NCBI GenBank assembly: GCA_964504155.1
Contig: CAZDCZ010000001.1
Location: forward strand, 28,451 to 92,450
DNA length: 64,000 nt
Source: an uncultured Bacteroidales bacterium
GTDB lineage: Bacteria > Bacteroidota > Bacteroidia > Bacteroidales > UBA12077
Direction of reading: 5' to 3'
Both the position numbers and the translations under genes were made by a program. This document shows positions 1 through 8,295 of the stretch, piece by piece (the stretch's first letter is position 1; each line of letters starts with the position of its first letter). A model generated the notes under the pieces. The model saw only the letters and a list, made by a program, of their open reading frames with translations. It did no database searches and was not told where the DNA came from.

Positions 1-1408
1 CTACAAATTCTAATTTTGTTTTATCGATAATTACACTTTGTTTCTTAACTAATTTATTAGTTCTAAGCTTAGCTAGTTTTGTTTTTACAATTTCTTTTCC
101 GGTAGAATTCTTATAAACAGAACGAATAATACTCTCGCATAATCCTCCCGAAACAGACAACAACATAGATGCTGTGCTTCTATTATTAAAAGGTTCGTCG
201 GCCATTTCAGGTTCTATATTATCCATACTTAGTCCGTACAATTGTATTAGTTTGGCCAATTCTCGTGTAGTAATAACTAAATCAATATCAGAAACCCCTT
301 TATATGTCATTTCTTCGCGCGATGCTTCAAATTTTTTAGCCGTACATGGCATTATAGAAACAGAAAATATTTCTTCGGGATGTAAATTCTCTTTATCTGC
401 AACACTTCTCTTTATAAGAGCTCCAAGTATTTGCTGAGGCGATTTTACTTTCGATACATACGGAATTAAATCGGGATACGATTGTTCCATATATTTAATC
501 CATGCCGGACAGTTAGAACTAATTAATGGGGTTTCCCTTTTATTTTTTATTATATCATTTAATTCAAGTGCTTGTTCGTGAATTGCAATATCTGCTCCAA
601 ATGATGAATAAAATACTTTGTCGAACCCTATTTTTTTCAATATTGCATTTAAGTATTGAGAAATATCTTTACCCGATTTCAAACCTAATTCATCTGCTAA
701 AGAAACTGATACAGAAGGAGAATACTGTGCTACTACTTTAATTTTCGGGTTATTTAATACCTCATTTAATAAATCGAAATTTGTTCTTTCGTATAATGCT
801 CCGGTAGGACAAACCAATAAACATTGTCCACAAATAATGCAATTAGAAAAATTAATATCTTTGTCCATACTTGTGGCAATAGTTGTATTATTTCCTCTAT
901 TAATAATATCTAATGCAGAGACACCAATAATTTCGTTACAAACTCTCACACAGCGTTCACATAAAATACACTTAGCTGTATCTCTAATTATTCCAAGGCT
1001 AGAATAATCGAGTTTTGCATTTGCCTTTTTTCCTGTAATTTTTCTCTCCCTAATATTTAACTCATAGGCTAGTTTCTGTAGCTCGCAATTTTGATTTTTA
1101 ATACAATAGAAACAATCGTCGGGATGATTCGAAAGCAATAATTCAACAATCATTTTTCGGGCTTTAATAACACGAGAAGAATGAGTTTTGATTTTCATCC
1201 ACCCTTCAATAGGATATGAACACGAAGGTATTAATTCTTTTTTTCCTTCGATTTCGACAACACACATTCTACAAGCCCCTGTAGGAGTAAAGCCTTCCAT
1301 ATGACACAAAGTAGGTACTTTAATTCCATTTTTGGTTAAAGCTTCGAGAATAGTTTCTCCTTTTTTTGCTTTTATTACTTCGTTATTAACTTCTATATCG
1401 ATATCCAT
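1..1408 (-). CDS. [FeFe]-hydrogenase catalytic-subunit paralog 1 (HydA-like); C-terminus cut by the window edge
   Basis: Absent from the ORF track because there is no stop in the window. My translation from the ATG at 1408 gives MDIDIEVNNEVIKAKKGETILEAL. It has an N-terminal 2Fe-2S motif (CHMEG..CRMCVVE), HPDDCFYCIKNQNC, two ferredoxin CxxCxxCxxxC(P) motifs, and the H-domain motifs SSNCPAW (506-520) and MPCTAKKFE. The L3 motif lies outside the window. Confidence 0.85.
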   Translation of the reverse strand, partial: MDIDIEVNNEVIKAKKGETILEALTKNGIKVPTLCHMEGFTPTGACRMCVVEIEGKKELIPSCSYPIEGWMKIKTHSSRVIKARKMIVELLLSNHPDDCFYCIKNQNCELQKLAYELNIRERKITGKKANAKLDYSSLGIIRDTAKCILCERCVRVCNEIIGVSALDIINRGNNTTIATSMDKDINFSNCIICGQCLLVCPTGALYERTNFDLLNEVLNNPKIKVVAQYSPSVSVSLADELGLKSGKDISQYLNAILKKIGFDKVFYSSFGADIAIHEQALELNDIIKNKRETPLISSNCPAWIKYMEQSYPDLIPYVSKVKSPQQILGALIKRSVADKENLHPEEIFSVSIMPCTAKKFEASREEMTYKGVSDIDLVITTRELAKLIQLYGLSMDNIEPEMADEPFNNRSTASMLLSVSGGLCESIIRSVYKNSTGKEIVKTKLAKLRTNKLVKKQSVIIDKTKLEFV

Positions 1409-1427
1409 ATTATTTCTATATTGAATT

Positions 1428-3368
1428 TTACATACTCAAAATAGCATTAAACTTACAGCTTTTATAACATATTCCACACCCAATACAATTATCCTGAACA
1501 ATAAAATGGGGAGCTTTTTGTGTTCCGATAATAGCCCCTGTTGGGCATTTTTTAGCACAAATAGTACAACCAATACATGCTTCTACATCAATTATAAAAG
1601 TTCTAAGTTCTTGACAAACTCCAGCCTTACATTCTCTATCGAAGATATGTTCTTCATATTCTTCTCTAAACCATTTTAATGAACTTAGAACCGGATTAGC
1701 AGCTCTTTTTCCTAAACCACACAAAGATGTTTCTTTAATTACCTCAGCTAAATTTTCTAATTGCATTACTCCCTTAAACCTGTATAAAGTTGTATGATTA
1801 TCGTTATCGACAGGTTTTTTTGTAATATTTTCTAGAATCTCACTAATTCTTCTAGTTCCTTCTCTACAAGGTATACATTTTCCGCAACTCTGATTTTTTA
1901 AAAAATCTGCAAAATATTTTACTGTATCAATAACGCAAGTATCCTCATCAAGCACTATTATTCCGCCATCGAGATTTTCCCCAATATTTTCATTTTCAAA
2001 ATCAATTATCTCATCGAGATGTTGTTCTGCAACAACTCTTCCGGTAGGTCCTCCAATATGTAAACCCTTAAATTTTTTCCCATTAAGAACTCCTCCTCCC
2101 ACTCTGAAAATAATTTCGCGCAATTTTGTTCCAAATTCAACTTCAATAATGCCACAATTTTCAACTTTCCCGGCTAACGAAAATACTTTTGTTCCTTTAC
2201 TACTATCAATACCAATGGCTCTATACCATTTGGGGCCTTTTTCAAATATCTTAGGAAGATTAATTAATGTTTCCGAATTATTAACAACTGTTGGTGCTCC
2301 AAACAAACCTTTCGTAGCAGGATATGGAGGTTTATTAATAGGCATTCCTCTTTCTCCTTCGAGAAATTTAATAAGGGCAGTTTCTTCTCCGCATACATAA
2401 GCCCCGGCACCTTTTCTTATAACAATATCAAAACTATTTCCGCTCTGAAAAACATCGTGTCCTAACAAACCATACTCTTTTGCAGAATTAATAGCTATTG
2501 TTAAACGCTCTATTGCCAATTTATTTTCCGTATCGACATAGATATATGCTTTTTTTGCTCCTATTCCATATAATGCTATTGCTATACCTTCAATTAATTT
2601 ATGAGGATCGCTTTCCATTATAAACCGTTCTGAAAAAGCTCCGGGATCTCCTTCGCCGGCATTACAAATCAAGTATTTATTATTACTATCGGTATTTATT
2701 GCTATCTTCCATTTCTTCCCTGTTAAAAATCCCTCGCCCCCTCTTCCTTTCAATTTACTTTTTTCAATAATTTCAGCCACTTCATCGCGAGTATAATTAT
2801 TCATTACCTTAACAAATGACTTATATCCACCATTAGCAATATATTCATCAATAGACTCGGGATTAATTTTTCCACAATTATTTAAAATAACTCTTTGTTG
2901 ATTAGCAAAAAAAGCTATTTCATCGATAAATGTAATTCCTTCCCATGGTTCCAGTAAATCATTTCGAAATTGTCCAAATATATATTCTAAATTAATATGT
3001 TTACTGAAAACTCCTTCAAATACTGTTTGAAAATTTTCTAAATTAATATTCTGTAAAATCAAATTTGTTTTTCCCGGAAGTTGGATTCCTATCATAGGGT
3101 CTTTCGAACACAATCCAAGAGAACCCATTTTTATTAATTCATAATTTTTAGAATCCTTTTCTAAATATTCTTCAATAGCTAAAAATAATTCTTCGATTCC
3201 TCCAATTATACTACTACTTGTATATTCAACAGAAATAACAATATCATCAACCTTATCTCTTCTAAGAAATTGAAGTTTTTCTTTGTCTTCTTTTGTATAT
3301 TCTTCTATATCTCTTAAAAGTATTCTTGAGATTAAAAATTCCTTATAATTTTCAATATCATTATTCAT
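1428..3368 (-). CDS. hydB: NuoF-like flavoprotein subunit (HydB paralog 1) with a Cys-poor thioredoxin-like N-terminal domain and a C-terminal 2x[4Fe-4S] domain
   Basis: NuoF-type motifs are present but deviant: GRGGEGFLTGKKW and CNAGEGDPGAF. The N3 cluster motif SCGKCIPCREG..CGLG is intact. The C-terminus carries CIGCTICAKKCP and CIGCGICYKSC. It lies 20 nt upstream of HydA paralog 1. Confidence 0.88.
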   Translation of the reverse strand: MNNDIENYKEFLISRILLRDIEEYTKEDKEKLQFLRRDKVDDIVISVEYTSSSIIGGIEELFLAIEEYLEKDSKNYELIKMGSLGLCSKDPMIGIQLPGKTNLILQNINLENFQTVFEGVFSKHINLEYIFGQFRNDLLEPWEGITFIDEIAFFANQQRVILNNCGKINPESIDEYIANGGYKSFVKVMNNYTRDEVAEIIEKSKLKGRGGEGFLTGKKWKIAINTDSNNKYLICNAGEGDPGAFSERFIMESDPHKLIEGIAIALYGIGAKKAYIYVDTENKLAIERLTIAINSAKEYGLLGHDVFQSGNSFDIVIRKGAGAYVCGEETALIKFLEGERGMPINKPPYPATKGLFGAPTVVNNSETLINLPKIFEKGPKWYRAIGIDSSKGTKVFSLAGKVENCGIIEVEFGTKLREIIFRVGGGVLNGKKFKGLHIGGPTGRVVAEQHLDEIIDFENENIGENLDGGIIVLDEDTCVIDTVKYFADFLKNQSCGKCIPCREGTRRISEILENITKKPVDNDNHTTLYRFKGVMQLENLAEVIKETSLCGLGKRAANPVLSSLKWFREEYEEHIFDRECKAGVCQELRTFIIDVEACIGCTICAKKCPTGAIIGTQKAPHFIVQDNCIGCGICYKSCKFNAILSM

Positions 3369-3435
3369 TTACTGTAGTCTCTTAAATTAATACAATATCT
3401 TTTGTTTAAATATTTTATTTTTTCATTACAACTAA

Positions 3436-3891
3436 CTAATTATTTATATATGAATCTATAATTTCGTTAAAACTATCAAGAGTTAAATTAGTATAATACT
3501 TATCGTTAATCGACATAACAGGCCCCATACTGCAAGCTCCCATACATTCTGTAATTTCGAGACTAAATAGATTATTTTTTGCAGTCTCTTTATCTCTTAT
3601 CTTTAGTTTTTTATATAATTCAGTAATTAATAATTTACTTTTATTAATATGACAAGTAGTCCCCTCACAAATTTTTATATGATATTTTCCTTTCGGAACA
3701 AATCGAAAATAGCTATAGAATGTAGCTAATCCGTAAATTTTACTAGTTGCAATTCCAATATATTCTCCAATCTTTTTAATTGCATCCTCCGATAAATAAC
3801 CTTGTTGTTCTTGCACATCTTGTAATATAGGAACTAGATCATCTTTTTTAACAAATGGATACTTATTAAGTATTGAATTAATATCAAACAT
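3436..3891 (-). CDS. hydC: NuoE-like [2Fe-2S] subunit (HydC paralog 1)
   Basis: Similar to the other two NuoE-like ORFs (YLSEDAI..ATFYSYF..ICEGTTCH..CMGACSMGPV). The track ORF starts at 3933. I place the start at the internal Met (MFDINS, 3891) because a -7 promoter box sits at 3931-3938. Confidence 0.85.
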   Translation of the reverse strand: MFDINSILNKYPFVKKDDLVPILQDVQEQQGYLSEDAIKKIGEYIGIATSKIYGLATFYSYFRFVPKGKYHIKICEGTTCHINKSKLLITELYKKLKIRDKETAKNNLFSLEITECMGACSMGPVMSINDKYYTNLTLDSFNEIIDSYINN

Positions 3892-3930
3892 TGCTATGAA
3901 TTTTACATAATTTACACAAAACAAATAACA

Positions 3931-3985
3931 CAAATATAAAATATTTTTTGTTATTTTCTAAACATTGTTATTTTAATAACATTAC
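3931..3985 (-). promoter_or_regulatory. Promoter/operator site 1: TGTTA-N6-TAACA palindrome (3966-3981), AAAAATAACAAA block and -7 box TATATTTG (3931-3938)
   Basis: Read directly from the sequence. The same architecture recurs at 16172-16225 and 24561-24613. This copy lies in the divergent region between hydC paralog 1 and the hydS operon. Confidence 0.6.
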
Positions 3986-4121
3986 AAAAATCTAAATATC
4001 AATATAATTACTCACTAATAGCTATAAAAATTATTACAATAGAAATAATTTAATTAATTTTGATATTTATTTTCTAATAAATACAGATAGAGTTAATTAA
4101 ATATTGTTAAAATATTTCTGA

Positions 4122-4379
4122 ATGGGAAATGAATCTATAACAAAAACAGAAATAGTAATTTGCTTAGGAAGTTCTTGTTTTTCGCGAGGAAATAAAGAAA
4201 TTGTAAATATTATTAAAGCATATATTAAAGATAATCAATTAGAAGATAAAATTAATTTCCATGGTTGTCATTGTTTTAGTAAATGTAGCGAAGGACCGAT
4301 TCTAAAAGTCAACGAAAAAATACATACTGAAATATCAACTCAAAATATTCTTAATATATTAAATACAATTTCATTTTAA
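4122..4379 (+). CDS. Small thioredoxin-like [2Fe-2S] ferredoxin
   Basis: 85 aa with a CLGSSC..GCHCFSKCSEGP cysteine pattern (Cx4C...Cx3C) in a NuoE/HydC-like fold. It is the first gene of the plus-strand hydS operon. Confidence 0.65.
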   Translation: MGNESITKTEIVICLGSSCFSRGNKEIVNIIKAYIKDNQLEDKINFHGCHCFSKCSEGPILKVNEKIHTEISTQNILNILNTISF

Positions 4380-4462
4380 ATATTAATATATTAACTAACT
4401 TACAGAATATTTTTTTATAAATTTCTGTATAGCATCAATTTAAGTATCAAATAATCTTATCT

Positions 4463-6325
4463 ATGTCGATAATAAAAATAAATACTGATAAATGCGATTT
4501 AAGTTACTCGTGTGTACGAGTTTGTTCGGTAAAAGCAATTGAAATTAAAACAAATACTAATTTCGCAAGAATAATCCCTGAACGATGCATTGGTTGTGGC
4601 GACTGCTTTTCTGTTTGTCCGAATAATGCAATAGAATATATAGATTCTAAAGAAATAACAAAAGAAATATTAAAATCGGCAAGTAAAACAGTTGCCATTG
4701 TTGACCCCAGTATTTCAGGAGAATTTTCTGATATTACTGATTATAGGAAATTTGTACAAATGATACGCGAATTAGGGTTTAACTATGTAAATGAAATTTC
4801 ATTTGGAGCCGATATTATTTCGAAAAAATACAAAGATTTATTAAAAGAATTTAAAGGCAAATATTATATAACATCAGCTTGCCCGGTTGTTGTATCATAT
4901 ATTCAAAAATACAAACCCGAACTTATAAACAATCTAATTCCTTTAGTATCGCCTACGCTTGCAACTGCAATTATAGTACAAAAACTTTATGGAAAAGATA
5001 TTAAAATAATTTCTATTGGTCCATGCATAGAGAATAAAAACGACGATAAATATATAAATAACAAAGATAAAAAAATTGATGCATCAATCACATTTACAGA
5101 ATTACGCGAACTCTTTAACGAATATAATATTTCTGAAAGCAAATTAGAATATTCCGATTTTGATGCTCCTATTGGATATAAAGGCTCTCTTCTGCCTATT
5201 TCTAATGGAATTCTTCAGGCTAGCGAAATTAACGAAAATCTATTAGATGGGAATATCATTACATCGGAAGGGAAAAACAATATTAAAGATGTAACAAATC
5301 AATTTTATAAAAAAATTACTTTCATAAAAAAACATTTCAATCTATTTTTTTGTAAGGGATGTATTATGGGGCCGGGAATGTCGGCAAATGGAGAGAAATT
5401 TACCAGAAGCTCTATGGTTACTAAATATGCCCGAAAAAGATTGAAAAATTTTAACGAAAGTAAATGGCAAGAAGAAATTGACAAATATATAAATCTTGAC
5501 TACTCAACAAGTTTTTTTAACGACGACCAAAGGATTGAATCTCCTCCTAATGAAAAAATTCAAGAAGTATTAAAAGTTATAGGAAAAACAAATTCTCAAC
5601 GAGGATGTAACGCCTGCGGTTACAACACATGTAAAGAATTTGCAATTGCTGTATCGAAAGGTCTTGCAAAAACCGAAATGTGCTTAACATATGCTTTACA
5701 AAATAAACATGAATATATAGATGCTTTAAGTTTGACAAATACAAAACTTGCAAATACAAAAAAAGCACTCATTAAATCGGAACAAGAAGCAAGAAAAGAA
5801 AAAGAAATTGCCATAGAAGCATCCGAAACAGTAAATACTCTATTACAAAAACTACCTTCGGGTTTTGTAATTATAGATAATAAGCTAAAAATTATTCAAT
5901 CGAATAAAAGCTTTGTTAAACTTCTTGGCGACGAAGCAGAAGCTATAAATGAAGTAATTCCCGGACTAGAAGGTGCCGATTTAAAAACTCTTCTTCCTTA
6001 TAATATTTATACTCTTTTTAATAATGTAATATCGGAAAATAGCAATCTAAAAAATAAAGATGTTTATGTAAACAATAAACTCCTAAATCTATCGATATTT
6101 ATTATTAATAAAAACAAAACTGCAGGAGCTGTATTCAGAGATATGTATTCGCCAGAAGTACGAAAAGAAGAAGTAATTAATCGTGTTACAGATGTAATAG
6201 ATAAAAATCTGAAAATGGTACAAAAAATTGGTTTTATTCTTGGTGAAGAAGCATCGGAAACCGAACAAATGTTAAACTCGATTATTGAGTTTTACAAATC
6301 GGGAAATAATAAAAAGAAAATATAA
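4463..6325 (+). CDS. hydS: Sensory [FeFe]-hydrogenase-like protein with a PAS domain (HydS, Group C-like)
   Basis: N-terminal ferredoxin motifs (CIGCGDCFSVCP). H-domain with modified motifs TSACPVV (4871-4885), GPCIENK and FFCKGCIMGPG. An extra 4-Cys segment (CNACGYNTCKEF..C), then a coiled region and a PAS-like C-terminus (LPSGFVIIDNKLKIIQSNKSF). Confidence 0.8.
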   Translation: MSIIKINTDKCDLSYSCVRVCSVKAIEIKTNTNFARIIPERCIGCGDCFSVCPNNAIEYIDSKEITKEILKSASKTVAIVDPSISGEFSDITDYRKFVQMIRELGFNYVNEISFGADIISKKYKDLLKEFKGKYYITSACPVVVSYIQKYKPELINNLIPLVSPTLATAIIVQKLYGKDIKIISIGPCIENKNDDKYINNKDKKIDASITFTELRELFNEYNISESKLEYSDFDAPIGYKGSLLPISNGILQASEINENLLDGNIITSEGKNNIKDVTNQFYKKITFIKKHFNLFFCKGCIMGPGMSANGEKFTRSSMVTKYARKRLKNFNESKWQEEIDKYINLDYSTSFFNDDQRIESPPNEKIQEVLKVIGKTNSQRGCNACGYNTCKEFAIAVSKGLAKTEMCLTYALQNKHEYIDALSLTNTKLANTKKALIKSEQEARKEKEIAIEASETVNTLLQKLPSGFVIIDNKLKIIQSNKSFVKLLGDEAEAINEVIPGLEGADLKTLLPYNIYTLFNNVISENSNLKNKDVYVNNKLLNLSIFIINKNKTAGAVFRDMYSPEVRKEEVINRVTDVIDKNLKMVQKIGFILGEEASETEQMLNSIIEFYKSGNNKKKI

Positions 6326-6360
6326 CATCTTAGCTATTATTAAAAATATAAATAATTAAT

Positions 6361-7542
6361 ATGACAAGTCCATTTTATATAGAAATCGACTACAAACAAA
6401 AAAATCATCACAACGAAAGAATCTGTGGAGATGTAGTTCTTATAAAAAAAGTAATCGACGAAAATAGGATTATTATTATTTTATCGGATGGGATGGGACA
6501 TGGCGTTAAAGCCAATGTTTTAGCAACACTTACTTCTTCAATGGCCCTAAATTTCACAAAAGAACATAAAGACAATAATAAAATTGCTGAAATAATAACA
6601 AAAACATTACCTGTTTGCAGCCAACGAAAAATTAGCTATTCAACATTTACAATTATCGATATTGAAAAAAACGGAAAAACACATATTCTTGAATATGATA
6701 ATCCTGAAACAATAATTATTAGAAATAATAAATTATTTGCTCCAGAATGGAAATCGATAATACTAAAAAAAGAAAATTGTAGTATTGAGTTGCGTAGTTG
6801 TAGTTTTTATTCCGAAAAGGAAGATAGAATAATCTTTGGCAGCGATGGTATTACTCAGTCCGGATTGGGAAGCGACAAGTATCCTTTTGGTTGGGGAATA
6901 GATAATTTCCGTAATTACATATTCGATTTATTAAAAAATAAACCCAATATATCTGCAAATAATCTTGCCAGCAAAATTATTAATATATCGTATAAAAATG
7001 ATAACTACGAGGCAAAAGACGATATCAGTTGTGTATCTCTGTATTTCCGTAAACCTAGAAAGTTATTAATATGTACAGGACCTCCATATTTAAAAGAAAA
7101 AGATATAGAATTAGCCGAAAACGTAAGAAACTTCGATGGCAAAAAAATAATTTCCGGAGCAACGACCAGCGATATTATTGCTCGTGAGTTTAACAAAGAT
7201 ATTGAAGACACATTCGAATTTACCGATAAAGATTTACCTCCTGTATCGTATATGGAAGGAATTGATTTAATAACAGAAGGAATTCTTACCTTAAGTAAGG
7301 TAGCAAACATATTACAAGACTATGATTATAATTATGTTCCGGGGAAAGGAGCTGCCGATCAGATAATACGTTTAATAAATGAAAGCGATGAGATTCATTT
7401 TATTATTGGCACTCGAATAAATATTGCTCACCAAGACCCAAATCTTCCTATTGAATTAGAAATCCGACGGACAGTTGTTCGAAAAATAGCTGAAATCTTA
7501 GAAAAAAAATTATTGAAAGAAGTAAAAATGAAATTTATATAA
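6361..7542 (+). CDS. PP2C/SpoIIE-type serine phosphatase with an uncharacterised ~160-aa C-terminal domain
   Basis: CGDVV..LSDGMGHGVKANVLA..FGSDGITQSG..DDISCV are the hallmark metal-binding segments of SpoIIE/RsbU-type PP2C phosphatases. It lies 35 nt downstream of hydS. Confidence 0.8.
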   Translation: MTSPFYIEIDYKQKNHHNERICGDVVLIKKVIDENRIIIILSDGMGHGVKANVLATLTSSMALNFTKEHKDNNKIAEIITKTLPVCSQRKISYSTFTIIDIEKNGKTHILEYDNPETIIIRNNKLFAPEWKSIILKKENCSIELRSCSFYSEKEDRIIFGSDGITQSGLGSDKYPFGWGIDNFRNYIFDLLKNKPNISANNLASKIINISYKNDNYEAKDDISCVSLYFRKPRKLLICTGPPYLKEKDIELAENVRNFDGKKIISGATTSDIIAREFNKDIEDTFEFTDKDLPPVSYMEGIDLITEGILTLSKVANILQDYDYNYVPGKGAADQIIRLINESDEIHFIIGTRINIAHQDPNLPIELEIRRTVVRKIAEILEKKLLKEVKMKFI

Positions 7543-7730
7543 GATAAATATATAAATCGAAAATAAACTTATTTTAAGTGAGAGCACGACTTTAAATTAC
7601 TCTCTCATATCATTATTCTACAAGTTTAGATATTTTATTATATTGGTACTCTGCACCTTTAAATATAGTGAAAAACTTAATCGAAGTAATCTCATCTTTG
7701 CAAGTAAAAACCCCAACTAGTAAAGGTAAT

Positions 7731-7762
7731 AAAAAAACATCCCAAAATATGGGATGTTTTAA
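7731..7762. terminator. Bidirectional rho-independent terminator between two convergent operons
   Basis: AACATCCC / GGGATGTT stem (7736-7743 / 7751-7758), flanked by an A-run on one side and a T-run on the other. Confidence 0.7.
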
Positions 7763-7788
7763 AAATGTAAATATTCTATAAGAATAGC

Positions 7789-8277
7789 TTATTTATCTTC
7801 ATATTCTTTAAGGATATCTTTTACTTTTTCGGGAGAAACTCTTCCATAAGTTTTATCACCAACCATTACAACAGGAGCTAAACCACATGCTCCAACACAA
7901 CGCAAACAGCTAAGCGAGAATTTACCGTCTTCGGCTGTTTGTCCTACTTCTAAATTAAGTTGACGCTTAAACTCCTGAAGTACATTTTCAGCACCACGCA
8001 CATAACAAGCTGTACCGGTACAAATAGAAATTGGGAATCTACCTTTTGGCAACATTGTAAAGAAAGAGTAAAATGTAACTACTCCATATACTTTAGCTAC
8101 CGATACATTTTGGTTTTTAGCAACAACCTCCTGTATTTCGGCAGGAAGATATCCAAAATGCTCTTGTGTTTTATGTAGAACATTAATTAAATTTCCCGGT
8201 TTATTATCAAAAGACTTACAAATTTCTTCGATCTTTTGTACGTCTTTTTCTTTTAATTTTACTTTTATTCTAGACAT
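7789..8277 (-). CDS. hydC: NuoE-like [2Fe-2S] subunit of a bifurcating-type [FeFe]-hydrogenase (HydC paralog 2)
   Basis: CTGTACYVRG...CLRCVGACGLAPV motif. It is the last gene of the hydD-B-A-C set. Confidence 0.9.
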   Translation of the reverse strand: MSRIKVKLKEKDVQKIEEICKSFDNKPGNLINVLHKTQEHFGYLPAEIQEVVAKNQNVSVAKVYGVVTFYSFFTMLPKGRFPISICTGTACYVRGAENVLQEFKRQLNLEVGQTAEDGKFSLSCLRCVGACGLAPVVMVGDKTYGRVSPEKVKDILKEYEDK

Positions 8278-8295
8278 ATATATTATCTCCTATAA

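Noticed and set aside
4401-4429. Inverted repeat TACAGAA...TTCTGTA between the small ferredoxin gene and hydS.
   Set aside because: It has only a 7-bp, AT-rich stem with a 15-nt A/T loop. That is too weak to call an attenuator or operator.
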